This document shows, in pieces, positions 18,923 through 30,027 of a stretch of 64,000 nucleotides of DNA. The position numbers and the translations under genes were made by a program. The notes under the pieces are model-generated. The model did no database searches. It was not told the DNA's origin and saw only the letters and a program-made list of their open reading frames with translations. This stretch comes from an uncultured Rikenellaceae bacterium (GTDB taxonomy: Bacteria > Bacteroidota > Bacteroidia > Bacteroidales > VadinHA17), in assembly GCA_964410385.1 (NCBI GenBank), contig CAYPHL010000001.1, positions 5,485 to 69,484 of the forward strand, given 5' to 3'. How positions within the stretch are numbered: the stretch's first letter is position 1; each line of letters opens with the position of its first letter.

Positions 18923-19699
18923 ATGATCTCAAATTTAGCTTTTATCGGCCAGGGAGCAGTTATCGGTGAAAATGTTACAATTGAGCCTTTTGCATATGTC
19001 TCGGGGAATTCCGTGATCGGCGACAATACATGGATAGGACCGGGTGCTGTGATAATGGATGGAGCAAGGATCGGAAAGAGATGCAGGATATTCCCTTCAT
19101 CTGTAATTTCAGGAATTCCTCAGGACCTTAAATTTAAAGGTGAGGAAACCACAGCTGAGCTGGGCGATGGTACAACCGTGAGGGAGGGATCGACAGTAAA
19201 CAGGGGAACCGCGGCTGCCGGAAAAACAGTTGTAGGCCAGAACTGCCTTATAATGGCATATGCACATATCGGACACGATTGTTTTATTGGTAATAACTGC
19301 ATTATTGGTAATAGCTGCGGACTGGCCGGAGAAGTTAAAGTTGACGACTGGGCAATCCTGAGCGGCGGAGCCCTGATCCATCAGTTCTCAAGGATAGGCG
19401 GACATGTTATTGTTGGCGGCGGATCAAAAGTACGGTCAGATATCCCTCCGTTCATCAAAGCCGACAGAGATCCTCTGTGTTATATGGGACTCAATACGGT
19501 TGGCCTGACACGGAGGAATTTCGGAAAGGAAAGAATAGATGAGATTCACAATATCTACCGGGTGATTTACCAGAGCCGGAGAAATACATCACAGGCGCTC
19601 GAATTCATTGAGAAAGAATTTAAGCCTTCCTCCGACAGGGATTATATAATCAGCTTTATCAGGAAATCGGAGAGAGGCATTATCCGGGGTCCCAGGTAA
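18923..19699 (+). CDS. lpxA: Acyl-ACP--UDP-N-acetylglucosamine O-acyltransferase
   Basis: 258 aa with hexapeptide repeats plus the LpxA C-terminal helical domain (GLNTVGLTRRNF...IYRVIYQS). Confidence 0.93.
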   Translation: MISNLAFIGQGAVIGENVTIEPFAYVSGNSVIGDNTWIGPGAVIMDGARIGKRCRIFPSSVISGIPQDLKFKGEETTAELGDGTTVREGSTVNRGTAAAGKTVVGQNCLIMAYAHIGHDCFIGNNCIIGNSCGLAGEVKVDDWAILSGGALIHQFSRIGGHVIVGGGSKVRSDIPPFIKADRDPLCYMGLNTVGLTRRNFGKERIDEIHNIYRVIYQSRRNTSQALEFIEKEFKPSSDRDYIISFIRKSERGIIRGPR

Positions 19700-19726
19700 A
19701 AGATATTTAATTAATCGTCATTTATC

Positions 19727-20104
19727 CTATTTCAGCCATATTATATCCCTCCCAAACGGATTGAGCGCTATCGAGCTGAGCTTGAAATGCTGCATGCCGA
19801 AAGGTATCCCTATAATTGTGATCATAAGCAGAAGCCCGAAAAGTGCATGTGTCAGAGCTATCCAGATACCTCCGCAAAAGAGCCATAACAGGTTCATTAT
19901 AATATAAAGGCAACCTGAAGCTCTCGCTTGCACCCTGGTATCCCTGCCAAAAGGCCACAAGGCAAGGAATCCCATCTTGAGGGTCTGAAGCCCAAATGGA
20001 ATTCCTATAATAGTAACCATTAATATCAGGCTGCCAATTATGTACTCAATGGCAATAATAATTCCCCCGAATAAAAGCCAGATAAGATTTCCCAGGATTT
20101 TCAT
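19727..20104 (-). CDS. YccF domain-containing inner membrane protein
   Basis: 125 aa with a duplicated motif: GNLIWLLFGGIIIAIEY...IIGIPFGLQTLKM...WPFGR and NLLWLFCGGIWIALTH...IIGIPFGMQHFKL...NPFGR. Confidence 0.8.
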   Translation of the reverse strand: MKILGNLIWLLFGGIIIAIEYIIGSLILMVTIIGIPFGLQTLKMGFLALWPFGRDTRVQARASGCLYIIMNLLWLFCGGIWIALTHALFGLLLMITIIGIPFGMQHFKLSSIALNPFGRDIIWLK

Positions 20105-20118
20105 AGACAGTCAGGATA

Positions 20119-21732
20119 TTATTCAAGAATGATCGTTTTATCTTTCGGGTACCTTACAGAATAGGTCAGAATGGTTTGCTTTGTCTCCTGTGGTTTCAGA
20201 TCATAATCCCAGATCACCCTGCCTGTCTGTGAATTGTATTTGCCTCCCGATAATTCAAGGGTTTCAACTGTAATGCCGCTGTTTGCGGAAACCGGAAGCT
20301 GATCCTGAAGGGTTATCCTGACAGGACTTGTTTTATTGTTCCTTATTGTGATCAGGAAGGAGTATGTCTCGGTCTTATTGGCCCCGAGTATCTTTCTGCT
20401 TGTAAAATCCTTCCTTTTTTCTCTCTTTACAAGTATACTGTTATCAGTGCCGAGTGAAAGGGTAAGTGTATCAGACAGCTGATTGACATTGAGTGTTGAT
20501 TTCCCGACGAAAGTATTTTCAAAATAAAGAGTCGCTTCACCGCTCTGGAGGCTCATTTCAGCCCAGTTGGTTATATTACCGGTCAGATAAGCCATAGGAG
20601 ATAGTTTGGGTATTGTTACATATTTGTATTCTGCAGGCATTGCTGATCTCTGGATCTCTATGGTCTGGATCTTCCCGTCGGAATCGATTGTATAAGGAAC
20701 TGCAACGTCGAAGGTAATTGCTGTTTCTCCAACTTGTTTTTGAACTGCTACAGGAGCCGCCTCCAGTGCTTCCTCGACCTTTAACTCGTTAACAGCCATA
20801 TCGGCCATTGCCGGGGCGTCCCTTCTTTTCTGTGAGCCATATGCAACCACCCTGGGTTCGGGGAGCGGGATTAAATAATCAATGTACCAGGGATTCAGTT
20901 CGGGAACATCTCCTGCGATCCAGGGATTAGCATTTGAAAAGCTCAGTTTTACATCTTTCCACTGGATTCCGGTATTCTGAAAAAGATTTGCTTTATAGAA
21001 TATGTTAACCGGACTTACAATATCGTCAACCCTTACATCGTATGAGGGATACCAGCCGGCATTTGATACCACATATGCAAAGGTCATTTTCCCCTGAAGC
21101 GCTTTATCAGCGCTTACCGAAACAGAGATCTCCCCGGAGGGAAGCTGCTGTTTACCGGCCCTTTCGGAGATCTGCTTCTGAAGGGCTGCGATCTGCTCCT
21201 CATAGTCTTTTATGAGCCTGTTTTTTTTAAGGACAGCCATGGTGACCTGGTCCATATTATTTGTATAAAGCTCCATCACACCCTTAAGCTGCTCAATTGA
21301 GAATGTGGTTTCTTTTACTAAAATGGCCCTGTTGGCAACAAGAAAAGCTTCTTTTTCCTTCAGGACGGTTATGGCTGCCTTTTCATCTTCCACTTTTCGC
21401 TGAAGTGATTCAATCTGGCTTCTTATATTTTTTATCTCCGGAAGGTCCTCAAGATTCTGAAGGTAGTTATTCTGATGATTAACTGATAGTATTGTGAAAT
21501 TTCCGCTCCCTTTTACCTGGATGCTTCTTGCATCAATATATGGTGAGAGCCCTGATAGTTTCAGTGTTGTTTTCCCGGCAGATATATCAACGGATGTTTC
21601 GTGACTCAGCTGTGCCCTGTCAGGGTAAACAGTAACATGTTTCAGATCGGCTTTAATATTCTTTTCACCATCTGCCTTACCAGAATTCCAGTAAATCAGA
21701 AGGATGACTATTATCGTTAAATATTTTTTCAT
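20119..21732 (-). CDS. DUF4139/DUF4140 (mucoidy inhibitor MuiA-like) family protein, secreted
   Basis: Signal peptide. N-terminal VTVYPDRAQLSHETSVDISAGKTTLKLSGLSPYIDARSIQVKG, then a coiled coil and a beta-rich C-terminus, typical of the family. Confidence 0.7.
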   Translation of the reverse strand: MKKYLTIIVILLIYWNSGKADGEKNIKADLKHVTVYPDRAQLSHETSVDISAGKTTLKLSGLSPYIDARSIQVKGSGNFTILSVNHQNNYLQNLEDLPEIKNIRSQIESLQRKVEDEKAAITVLKEKEAFLVANRAILVKETTFSIEQLKGVMELYTNNMDQVTMAVLKKNRLIKDYEEQIAALQKQISERAGKQQLPSGEISVSVSADKALQGKMTFAYVVSNAGWYPSYDVRVDDIVSPVNIFYKANLFQNTGIQWKDVKLSFSNANPWIAGDVPELNPWYIDYLIPLPEPRVVAYGSQKRRDAPAMADMAVNELKVEEALEAAPVAVQKQVGETAITFDVAVPYTIDSDGKIQTIEIQRSAMPAEYKYVTIPKLSPMAYLTGNITNWAEMSLQSGEATLYFENTFVGKSTLNVNQLSDTLTLSLGTDNSILVKREKRKDFTSRKILGANKTETYSFLITIRNNKTSPVRITLQDQLPVSANSGITVETLELSGGKYNSQTGRVIWDYDLKPQETKQTILTYSVRYPKDKTIILE

Positions 21733-22029
21733 GGTAAATAATTAAAAATAAGTTTAAAGTTAAGACTTTAGATCATATCAGGGATATGCATTGCAAAAAT
21801 TGTGCAATATCATCTTGCAGAAAAAGAGAATTAAGGGGTGGGTATTCATTTTGTCATTAGAAAAAAATGTTGCAAATTTGCGGGCTCCGGAAAGGTTGGC
21901 AACAAATAAAGAGACCTTTTTCTGATAACAGGCTGATTATTTGCATGTAATTTTCATGTTACGTTGCTTTTTTTCAGGCAGGCTGTTGAAAATAATATAT
22001 ACTCAAATGCGAATAACAAAGGAGGAAAA

Positions 22030-22638
22030 ATGCAGGATAAACTTCAGGAAATAACAGAAAAAATTTACCGGGAAGGTGTTTCCAGGGGAAATGAAGAGGC
22101 AGAGAAAATTATAGCTGCTGCAAGGAGTGAATCAGCAAAGATAGTCGCAAAGGCTGAAGAAGAAGCAAAGAGAATAATTGCCGGGTCACAGAAGAAAGCT
22201 GATGAAATGATCAAGAATACTGCTTCAGAGCTTAAACTGTCTTTTCGCCAGTCACTAAATGCCCTGAAACAGGAGATAGAGAATAAAGTCAGCCTGAGGA
22301 TTATTGATGAACCTGCTTCAGAAGTTTTTTCAGATAATGCATTTCTGGCAAGATTGATTGAAATCATCGCCGAAAAATGGGCACAGGAAAAAAGTGAACA
22401 GGGATTTGAGATACTTCTTCCCGAAAAGGCAATAGCCGAAGTTGAAAAATATCTTAAAGGGAAAACCAATAAAATACTATCTGAAAAATTATCGCTGCGC
22501 CCCGTTAAATCACTTGAAAAAGGTTTTGAGATTCATCCATCGGGACAGGAATATAAGATCAGCGTAACCGATACTGATATAGCAGGTTATCTGAGAGAGT
22601 TCATCCGGCCCAGACTTGCGGAACTATTGTTTGAATAG
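22030..22638 (+). CDS. V-type ATP synthase subunit E
   Basis: Internal ATG at 22030 preceded by AAAGGAGGAAAAA; the track ORF begins at an upstream TTG. Charged helical N-terminus (EAEKIIAAARSESAKIVAKAEEEAKRII) typical of V/A-type E subunits. First gene of the V-ATPase operon. Confidence 0.8.
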   Translation: MQDKLQEITEKIYREGVSRGNEEAEKIIAAARSESAKIVAKAEEEAKRIIAGSQKKADEMIKNTASELKLSFRQSLNALKQEIENKVSLRIIDEPASEVFSDNAFLARLIEIIAEKWAQEKSEQGFEILLPEKAIAEVEKYLKGKTNKILSEKLSLRPVKSLEKGFEIHPSGQEYKISVTDTDIAGYLREFIRPRLAELLFE

Positions 22639-22646
22639 GGGAAGTA

Positions 22647-23501
22647 ATGTTTAAAAGACAATATCATTATTTAATAGCAGGACTTGCTGATCTTGCCTTT
22701 GACAGCGGTAAGGGTTTTTCAGATATGGCTGAATTCCGTGAGGAACTGAAATCAATACTGCATCCTTCAGATTATTTTCTGGTTTCGGTTTTGTTTCTTC
22801 CTCACGACAATAAGAATCTTATGGCTTTTCTTGGCGATGATACAAAAACGTGGGATCCCCTGGGTAATTATTCTCTGCAGGATATAGAAGAACAGAAGAG
22901 AATAACTGAATCTATCCTGAAAGAGAATGACATTCTACCCTCTTACATGGTTACAGCAATAAAAAACTGGTTCCATCCTGAGAGTGTAAAGGACAGGGCG
23001 GAAACCGAAAAGATACTTACTGAAGGATATTTAAAAGCTGCCCTGAGTTCAGGGAGCAGATTCCTCGAGAATTATACAAGGTTTGACAGGGATCTCAGGA
23101 ACATATTTGCACTGATCAACTCGAAAGCACTCGGTCTGGATGCTGTTAAATTCATTTCAGGGGATGATCCTTTTTCGTCATGGCTCAGGGAGGTATATAA
23201 AAGCGGAAAGGATTTTCAAATCCCTCCAGAACCTGAATATATTCCTGTGATGTTTGAAATAGTCATGGAAAATGAATTCCTTGAAAGGGAAAGAAAGAGT
23301 GATATTGCCCGCTGGGATTTTATCAATGAAGAATCATTTTTTGAATATTTTACAATCGACTGGCTACTGGGATATCTCATAAAACTGTCAATTGTAATAA
23401 GATGGAAACAGCTTGATCCCGAAGCAGGAAAAACGATGTTGAAGAAGCTTGTTGAGGAAATGGAAACACCCGTAAAGGCCTTTGATATAGCTGAAGAATA
23501 A
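22647..23501 (+). CDS. DUF2764 family protein (putative V-ATPase C-subunit equivalent in Bacteroidota)
   Basis: Lies between the E and A subunit genes, as in other Bacteroidota V-ATPase operons. The family assignment is from memory of that synteny. Confidence 0.6.
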   Translation: MFKRQYHYLIAGLADLAFDSGKGFSDMAEFREELKSILHPSDYFLVSVLFLPHDNKNLMAFLGDDTKTWDPLGNYSLQDIEEQKRITESILKENDILPSYMVTAIKNWFHPESVKDRAETEKILTEGYLKAALSSGSRFLENYTRFDRDLRNIFALINSKALGLDAVKFISGDDPFSSWLREVYKSGKDFQIPPEPEYIPVMFEIVMENEFLERERKSDIARWDFINEESFFEYFTIDWLLGYLIKLSIVIRWKQLDPEAGKTMLKKLVEEMETPVKAFDIAEE

Positions 23502-23563
23502 AAGGTTACGGTTCAGAGTACTATTTAATCTGATAAATTAATAATTCATGTAATTAAAAATAA

Positions 23564-25321
23564 ATGGTGACAAAAGGAAAGGTATACGGAATAATATCCA
23601 ATCTGGTCATTGTCAATGCGAACGGGCCTGTTGCCCAGAATGAGATATGTATGATAACTCACGGCAATACGAAACTAATGGCTGAGGTTATCAAATTACA
23701 CGGCGATCAGGCATTTGTGCAGGTTTTCGAAAGCACACGCGGTTTGAAAATAGATTCGGAAGTGGAATTTACCGGAAGCATGCTCGAAGTGACACTTGGC
23801 CCGGGTATCCTGTCACGAAAATATGACGGATTGCAGAATGACCTGGAAAGACTGGAAGGCGTATTTCTAAAGAAAGGAGAATACAATTATCCTCTCGATC
23901 AGAATGCAAAATGGGAATTCACTCCCCTTGCACAGACCGGGGATACTGTAGGGGCAGGTTCATGGCTGGGAGAAATTATTGAGAACTGGATGCCTCACAA
24001 GATTATGGTTCCCTTTAAGATGCAGGGCAGTTACAAGGTGAAGTCGGTTATGAAAAAAGGATTTTACCGGGTAAATGACATAATTGCAGTTATATCTGAT
24101 AATGACGGTCGTGAGCATAATATTACGATGGTACAGAAATGGCCGGTAAAAATTCCGATAAAGGTTTACCGGAATAAGACCAGGCCATTTAAGATCATGG
24201 AAACAGGTGTCAGGGTAATAGATACGCTCAATCCGATAACAGAAGGGGGAACCGGATTTATACCGGGGCCTTTCGGTTGTGGAAAGACTGTTCTTCAGCA
24301 TGCGCTTTCAAGACAGGCTGATGCTGATATGGTTATAATCGCTGCCTGCGGGGAAAGAGCAAATGAGGTGGTTGAGATCTTCAAGGAGTTTCCTGAACTG
24401 ATTGATACGAGAACAGGCAGAAAACTGATAGAGAGAACAACCATTATTGCAAATACCTCAAATATGCCGGTAGCGGCACGGGAAGCATCGGTTTACACCG
24501 CAATGACCATAGCTGAATATTACCGTTCAATGGGTTTGAAGATACTATTGCTTGCCGACTCAACTTCAAGATGGGCTCAGGCACTCAGGGAGATGTCGAA
24601 CCGTATGGAGGAATTGCCGGGGCCGGATGCTTTTCCGATGGATCTGCCGGCAATTATTTCCAATTATTACTCAAGGGCCGGATTCGTGGAACTGATCAAT
24701 GGCAACACCGGTTCAATTACTTTCATCGGGACTGTATCGCCCGCCGGTGGAAACCTCAAGGAACCCGTTACAGAATCGACAAAGAAAGCTGCAAGATGCT
24801 TTTATGCTCTCTCACAGCAGAGATCAGATTCAAAAAGATACCCGGCCATCGATCCTATTGAAAGCTATTCCAAATACCTTGAATATGAAGAGGTAAAAGA
24901 ATACCTGTCCGAAAAAATATCTCCCGGCTGGCATGACCAGGTTACCAGGGCTAAAAATATTCTTCTCAGGGGCAGGGAAGCCCAGGAACAGATAAATATT
25001 CTCGGAGACGATGGTGTCCCTCTGGATTATCACGTACGATTCTGGAAATCTGAAGTTATAGATTTTATTATTCTGCAACAGGATGCTTATGATAAAATTG
25101 ATCAGATAACACCACTGGAACGCCAGAAATATATGCTGAACAAAGTTTTGGAAATTAACGATACAAGTTTGAAATTCAATACTTTTGAGGAGGTATCTTC
25201 ATTTTTCAAGAAGATCATCAATCTGCTCAGACAGATGAATTATTCTGTATTTGAATCAAATGAATTTTACAAATATCAGACAGAACTGGAACAGGAGCTT
25301 AAAGAATTAGCAGAGTTATGA
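23564..25321 (+). CDS. V-type ATP synthase subunit A (catalytic)
   Basis: Walker A GPFGCGKT, Walker B-region ILLLADSTSRWAQALRE, 585 aa. Confidence 0.95.
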   Translation: MVTKGKVYGIISNLVIVNANGPVAQNEICMITHGNTKLMAEVIKLHGDQAFVQVFESTRGLKIDSEVEFTGSMLEVTLGPGILSRKYDGLQNDLERLEGVFLKKGEYNYPLDQNAKWEFTPLAQTGDTVGAGSWLGEIIENWMPHKIMVPFKMQGSYKVKSVMKKGFYRVNDIIAVISDNDGREHNITMVQKWPVKIPIKVYRNKTRPFKIMETGVRVIDTLNPITEGGTGFIPGPFGCGKTVLQHALSRQADADMVIIAACGERANEVVEIFKEFPELIDTRTGRKLIERTTIIANTSNMPVAAREASVYTAMTIAEYYRSMGLKILLLADSTSRWAQALREMSNRMEELPGPDAFPMDLPAIISNYYSRAGFVELINGNTGSITFIGTVSPAGGNLKEPVTESTKKAARCFYALSQQRSDSKRYPAIDPIESYSKYLEYEEVKEYLSEKISPGWHDQVTRAKNILLRGREAQEQINILGDDGVPLDYHVRFWKSEVIDFIILQQDAYDKIDQITPLERQKYMLNKVLEINDTSLKFNTFEEVSSFFKKIINLLRQMNYSVFESNEFYKYQTELEQELKELAEL

Positions 25322-26649
25322 CAGAAAAGAGAGCATTTCAGAAAATATATACAAAGCTTACACGGATCACCAAAGCAACCTGTTCGGTTAAAGCGACAGG
25401 AGCCGGATATGAAGAACTGGCGCTGGTAGACGGGCGTCTGGCCCAGGTAGTAAAGATTATAGGTGATGAAGTAACACTTCAGATATTCTCAGGCACCGAG
25501 GGTATCCCGACAAATGCCGAACTGGTATTTTTGGGCAGATCACCTGTGCTGAAAGTTGATGAAGACCTGGCGGGCAGATTCCTTGACGCTTATGGAGAAC
25601 CTATCGACGGAGGGCCCTCACTTTATGGGTCTGAAAGAGAGATCGGAGGCCCTTCTGTTAATCCTGTAAGAAGAATGCAGCCTTCTCATCTGATATCAAC
25701 CGGTATAGCAGGAATAGACCTTAATAATACACTGGTTACCGGACAGAAAATACCGTTCTTTGCGGATCCTGACCAGCCTTTCAATCAGGTGATGGCAACC
25801 GTAGCCCTCAGGGCTCAGGCAGATAAGATAATTCTCGGAGGCATGGGGTTGACAAATGATGATTATCTCTATTATAAAAATGTATTTGAAAATGCAGGTG
25901 CTCTGGAAAGAATAATTGCATTTATAAACACGACCGAAAACCCACCGGTCGAAAGACTGCTGGTACCTGATATGGCCCTGACAGCAGCTGAATATTTCGC
26001 TGTAGAAAAGAAAGAAAAAGTTCTTGTACTGCTTACCGATATGACCCTTTTTGCAGATGCCCTCTCTATCGTTTCAAACAGAATGGACCAGATACCTTCA
26101 AAAGATAATATGCCCGGTTCATTATACAGTGACCTGGCCAGGATATATGAGAAAGCCGTTCAGTTCCCCGAGGGTGGTTCAATTACAATCATTGCTGTAA
26201 CAACTCTCTCCGGCGGCGATATCACTCATGCCATCCCTGATAATACCGGATATATAACTGAAGGCCAGCTTTTCCTCCGCCGCGATACGGAAATAGGAAA
26301 AGTAATTGTCGATCCCTTCAGATCACTCTCAAGACTGAAACAATTAGTTATCGGTAAACAGACCAGAGAAGATCATGCGCAGGTAATGAACAGTGCAATA
26401 AGGCTTTATGCCGATGCTGCAAATGCCAGGACAAAGCTGGAGAACGGCTTTGAACTTTCCCAGTATGACGAGAGAGCCCTGGGCTTCGCAAAAGAATATT
26501 CCGAAAAACTCCTGGCAATTGATATAAATGTCGATATTACATTAATGCTCGATACGTGCTGGAAACTTTTTGCCAAATTCTTTTCAAGGGAAGAGATCGC
26601 AATAAAAGAAGAACTGGTAAAAAAATTCTGGTCCGCAGACTCAGAATAA
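25318..26649 (+). CDS. V-type ATP synthase subunit B
   Basis: 443 aa, homologous fold without a canonical P-loop (…VLVLLTDMTLFADALSIVSN…). The ATGA overlap with subunit A suggests translational coupling. Confidence 0.93.
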   Translation: MTEKRAFQKIYTKLTRITKATCSVKATGAGYEELALVDGRLAQVVKIIGDEVTLQIFSGTEGIPTNAELVFLGRSPVLKVDEDLAGRFLDAYGEPIDGGPSLYGSEREIGGPSVNPVRRMQPSHLISTGIAGIDLNNTLVTGQKIPFFADPDQPFNQVMATVALRAQADKIILGGMGLTNDDYLYYKNVFENAGALERIIAFINTTENPPVERLLVPDMALTAAEYFAVEKKEKVLVLLTDMTLFADALSIVSNRMDQIPSKDNMPGSLYSDLARIYEKAVQFPEGGSITIIAVTTLSGGDITHAIPDNTGYITEGQLFLRRDTEIGKVIVDPFRSLSRLKQLVIGKQTREDHAQVMNSAIRLYADAANARTKLENGFELSQYDERALGFAKEYSEKLLAIDINVDITLMLDTCWKLFAKFFSREEIAIKEELVKKFWSADSE

Positions 26650-26664
26650 ATAGAATTTCTGCAA

Positions 26665-27276
26665 ATGGCTATCAGATTTCAATATAATAAAATCTCTCTT
26701 CAGAATCTCAACAAGCAGCTTAAGATAAGGGTGCAGGCATTGCCTATACTTAAAAACAAGGAATCTGCCCTGAGAATAGAAGTGAAACGTGCCAAAGACC
26801 AGGCTGATGAGTTTGAAAAAGAATTGGCTGTCATTATCAACCGTTATAACGAAGGAGTCAGGCTGTGGTCAGAATTTGACAAGGGTTTGTTACAGGTGGA
26901 AGAGGTAAAAACAGGATTTGTTAAGATAGCCGGGATAAGAATACCTGAATTTAAGGATATCTCTTTCATTATTAATCCATTCAACCTTTATGAAAGTCCC
27001 GGCTGGTTTGCCGAGGGAATTAAAATACTCCGGGAAATGGCTGCAACCATTGCTAAAAGGGATCTGATGCTGAAAAAAATGGAATTGCTCGATCATGCAA
27101 GGAAAAAAACGACCCAGAAAGTAAATCTGTATGAAAAAGTACAGATACCCGGCTATGAGGATGCAATCAGAAGAATAAAACGCTTTCTTGAGGACGAAGA
27201 AAATCTTTCAAAATCGGCTCAGAAAATAATAAAAGCCCGGCAGGAAGAAATCAATATTAAAATTGAAGCTGAATGA
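26665..27276 (+). CDS. V-type ATP synthase subunit D
   Basis: 203-aa coiled-coil protein in the conserved operon position. Confidence 0.85.
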   Translation: MAIRFQYNKISLQNLNKQLKIRVQALPILKNKESALRIEVKRAKDQADEFEKELAVIINRYNEGVRLWSEFDKGLLQVEEVKTGFVKIAGIRIPEFKDISFIINPFNLYESPGWFAEGIKILREMAATIAKRDLMLKKMELLDHARKKTTQKVNLYEKVQIPGYEDAIRRIKRFLEDEENLSKSAQKIIKARQEEINIKIEAE

Positions 27277-29270
27277 TCGCAGGAATAAAGAAATATACTT
27301 TTCTGGTTCATCACAGGGACTATGCTGATCTGTTGAATTCATTGCGTGATGCCGGTGTTGTTCATGTTGTAGAGAAGAGGAAACTGGATGAGAACAGTGA
27401 AATACAGGGTGATGTAAGCCTCCTGAAAAGATACAGAACGGCAGCCAGGCAACTTACTGAGCTGGTGCCCGGTTTAACCCGGTCGGAAGAATCAGCGGAT
27501 CCCGCAGAAGTGCTTTCCGAAATGGAAGCCCTGATGAAGGAAATTGAAGAAAGGAAGCGCAATATTGAAAAGCTTAAAACCGAAGCTGCCAGATCAATGC
27601 CCTGGGGTAATTTTGATCCTGATACTTTCCGGAAACTTGAAGATTCGGACTGGACCATCTCACTGTTCAGCTGTTTAAATAAACACTTCAGGGAAGAGTG
27701 GAATGATAAATATACCGTAGAAATAATCAACAGTGAAGCCAGCAGGTTGTTTTTTGCCGTTGTTCACAGAAAGAATGAAATGCCGGAACTGGATGCAGAT
27801 GCTGAAAAGATACCGGAGAGACCGGCAACAAAAGTTAATGAAGAAATAGCCGCGAATGAGAAAAGAATAGAAGGAATAACTGAAGAAATAAAATCGATGG
27901 CCCCTGTGTGGGACAGGGCCCTTGAAGAGGGGTGCAATTCTGTTGTCAGCAGGATCGATTATACGACAGTTGAGCAGCAGGCTGATAAATATGCTGAAAA
28001 CAATATATATATCCTTGAAGGATGGGTTCCCGATGAGTATGAAGGAAAATTTAATGAATTGCTCAGGAGTTCGGAATGCTATTCATTCCTCACTGAACCC
28101 GGGGAAAATGAAAAAATCCCGGTAATTCTGAAAAACAGTAAGTTTGCTGAACTTTTCGAACCAATTACAAGATTGTTTTCATTGCCCGATTACAGAGAAC
28201 TGGATCTTACTCCCTTCTTTGCCCCATTTTTTATGCTCTTTTTCGGATTCTGTCTTGGTGATGCTGGTTATGGTTTATTTTTTGTACTTGCAGGCTTCAT
28301 CGTAAAAAAGCGGGTCAGTCAGAAATTCCGTCCATATGTATCATTGATTCAGTACCTTGGAGCAGCTGCAGTGTTGTTCGGAATTATTTCCGGAACTTTC
28401 TTCGGAATTAACCTTATTGATACAGGCTATACAATTACCGACCAGTCTGTTGTCCGGATGAAAGAATATGGCATACCGGAAAAGATTATCACTGATCTGG
28501 AACAGTTAAAGGGCGAGTCATTTACCACACGTTCAGGTTTTACAGGTGAAGTTGTAAGCATTATCGGAGAAGATGAGTTTTCCGGTGTAAGGACCGCAAT
28601 CCTGAAGAGCGCCGAATCGGATTTTTCAATACTGAGATCTTTCAGGCATATTATGCAGGATTCATTAAGCATGTTCTATCTCGCAGTTATAATGGGCGCT
28701 ATACAAATCTTGTTCGGTATGGTACTTAAGGTTGCCAATATTTCAAAACAGAAAGGATTCAAATACAGTCTGTCTGTCATAGGATGGATTGTCCTGCTCA
28801 TTACACTGATCATTTTTAAGGGAGGAGCTGCAATGAAGCTGTTTGACGAAACACGTTTCAAACTGCTCTTTAACGGACTCCTGATATTTTCTCTCCTGCT
28901 TATATTTATTTTCAATACTCCCGGGATAAATGTCTTTCTGAGAATCGGAAAAGGAATGTGGGATACCTACAATGTGGTAACCGGCATCTTCGGAGACCTT
29001 CTTTCTTATATCAGGCTTTTTGCACTGGGGATTTCTTCATCCATTCTGGGATTTGTTTTCAATGATATCTCTGCCCAGATGCTCTCTGTTCCGTATGTCG
29101 GCTGGTTACTTTTTCTTATAATACTGATTATAGGTCATACCCTGAATCTTTTTATGGCAACTCTGGGAGGATTTGTACATCCCCTCAGGCTCACATTTGT
29201 GGAATTTTATAAGAATGCAGGATTTAACGGAGGAGGAATTGAATATAAACCATTTAAACTAAAACAATAA
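27273..29270 (+). CDS. V-type ATP synthase subunit I (a-subunit, stator/ion channel)
   Basis: 665 aa with a soluble coiled N-half and a multi-TM C-half ending in …LSYIRLFALGISS… (essential Arg-containing helix). Confidence 0.9.
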   Translation: MIAGIKKYTFLVHHRDYADLLNSLRDAGVVHVVEKRKLDENSEIQGDVSLLKRYRTAARQLTELVPGLTRSEESADPAEVLSEMEALMKEIEERKRNIEKLKTEAARSMPWGNFDPDTFRKLEDSDWTISLFSCLNKHFREEWNDKYTVEIINSEASRLFFAVVHRKNEMPELDADAEKIPERPATKVNEEIAANEKRIEGITEEIKSMAPVWDRALEEGCNSVVSRIDYTTVEQQADKYAENNIYILEGWVPDEYEGKFNELLRSSECYSFLTEPGENEKIPVILKNSKFAELFEPITRLFSLPDYRELDLTPFFAPFFMLFFGFCLGDAGYGLFFVLAGFIVKKRVSQKFRPYVSLIQYLGAAAVLFGIISGTFFGINLIDTGYTITDQSVVRMKEYGIPEKIITDLEQLKGESFTTRSGFTGEVVSIIGEDEFSGVRTAILKSAESDFSILRSFRHIMQDSLSMFYLAVIMGAIQILFGMVLKVANISKQKGFKYSLSVIGWIVLLITLIIFKGGAAMKLFDETRFKLLFNGLLIFSLLLIFIFNTPGINVFLRIGKGMWDTYNVVTGIFGDLLSYIRLFALGISSSILGFVFNDISAQMLSVPYVGWLLFLIILIIGHTLNLFMATLGGFVHPLRLTFVEFYKNAGFNGGGIEYKPFKLKQ

Positions 29271-29780
<510 letters not shown>

Positions 29781-29829
29781 TGTCTTCTGAAACAGACATT
29801 TTTGAGTCTTTTATCTTATCCTGATAAAA

Positions 29830-29851
29830 CCGGCCGTGAATGCCGGCTTTT
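29830..29851 (+). terminator. Weak candidate rho-independent terminator after the V-ATPase operon
   Basis: CCGGC-cgtgaat-GCCGG (5 bp GC stem) followed by CTTTT. Confidence 0.35.
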
Positions 29852-29868
29852 ACAGATATAGTTTTCTT

Positions 29869-29917
29869 TTATCCGTGAAATTTGGTATCAGATTTTCTTC
29901 AGCGATTTTTCACGGAT
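29869..29917. promoter_or_regulatory. Perfect 11-bp inverted repeat TATCCGTGAAA-N27-TTTCACGGATA upstream of sufB
   Basis: Arms at 29869-29879 and 29907-29917 were read directly. The repeat ends 110 nt upstream of the sufB ATG. Confidence 0.4.
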
Positions 29918-30027
29918 ATTTTATTTTTAATAATTTTACCCGATTTTATTTAGATTAAATATAATTAACATTTGGCCATCAGATTTGTTTAATTAGAAGA
30001 GATCTGAGGAAATAAGGACAGGGGGAA

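Noticed and set aside
21790-21808. Palindrome ATTGCA-N7-TGCAAT, plus several TTGCA motifs, upstream of the V-ATPase operon
   Set aside because: The half-sites are short (6 bp) in AT-rich DNA and could easily arise by chance. No regulator or conservation evidence is available from the sequence alone.
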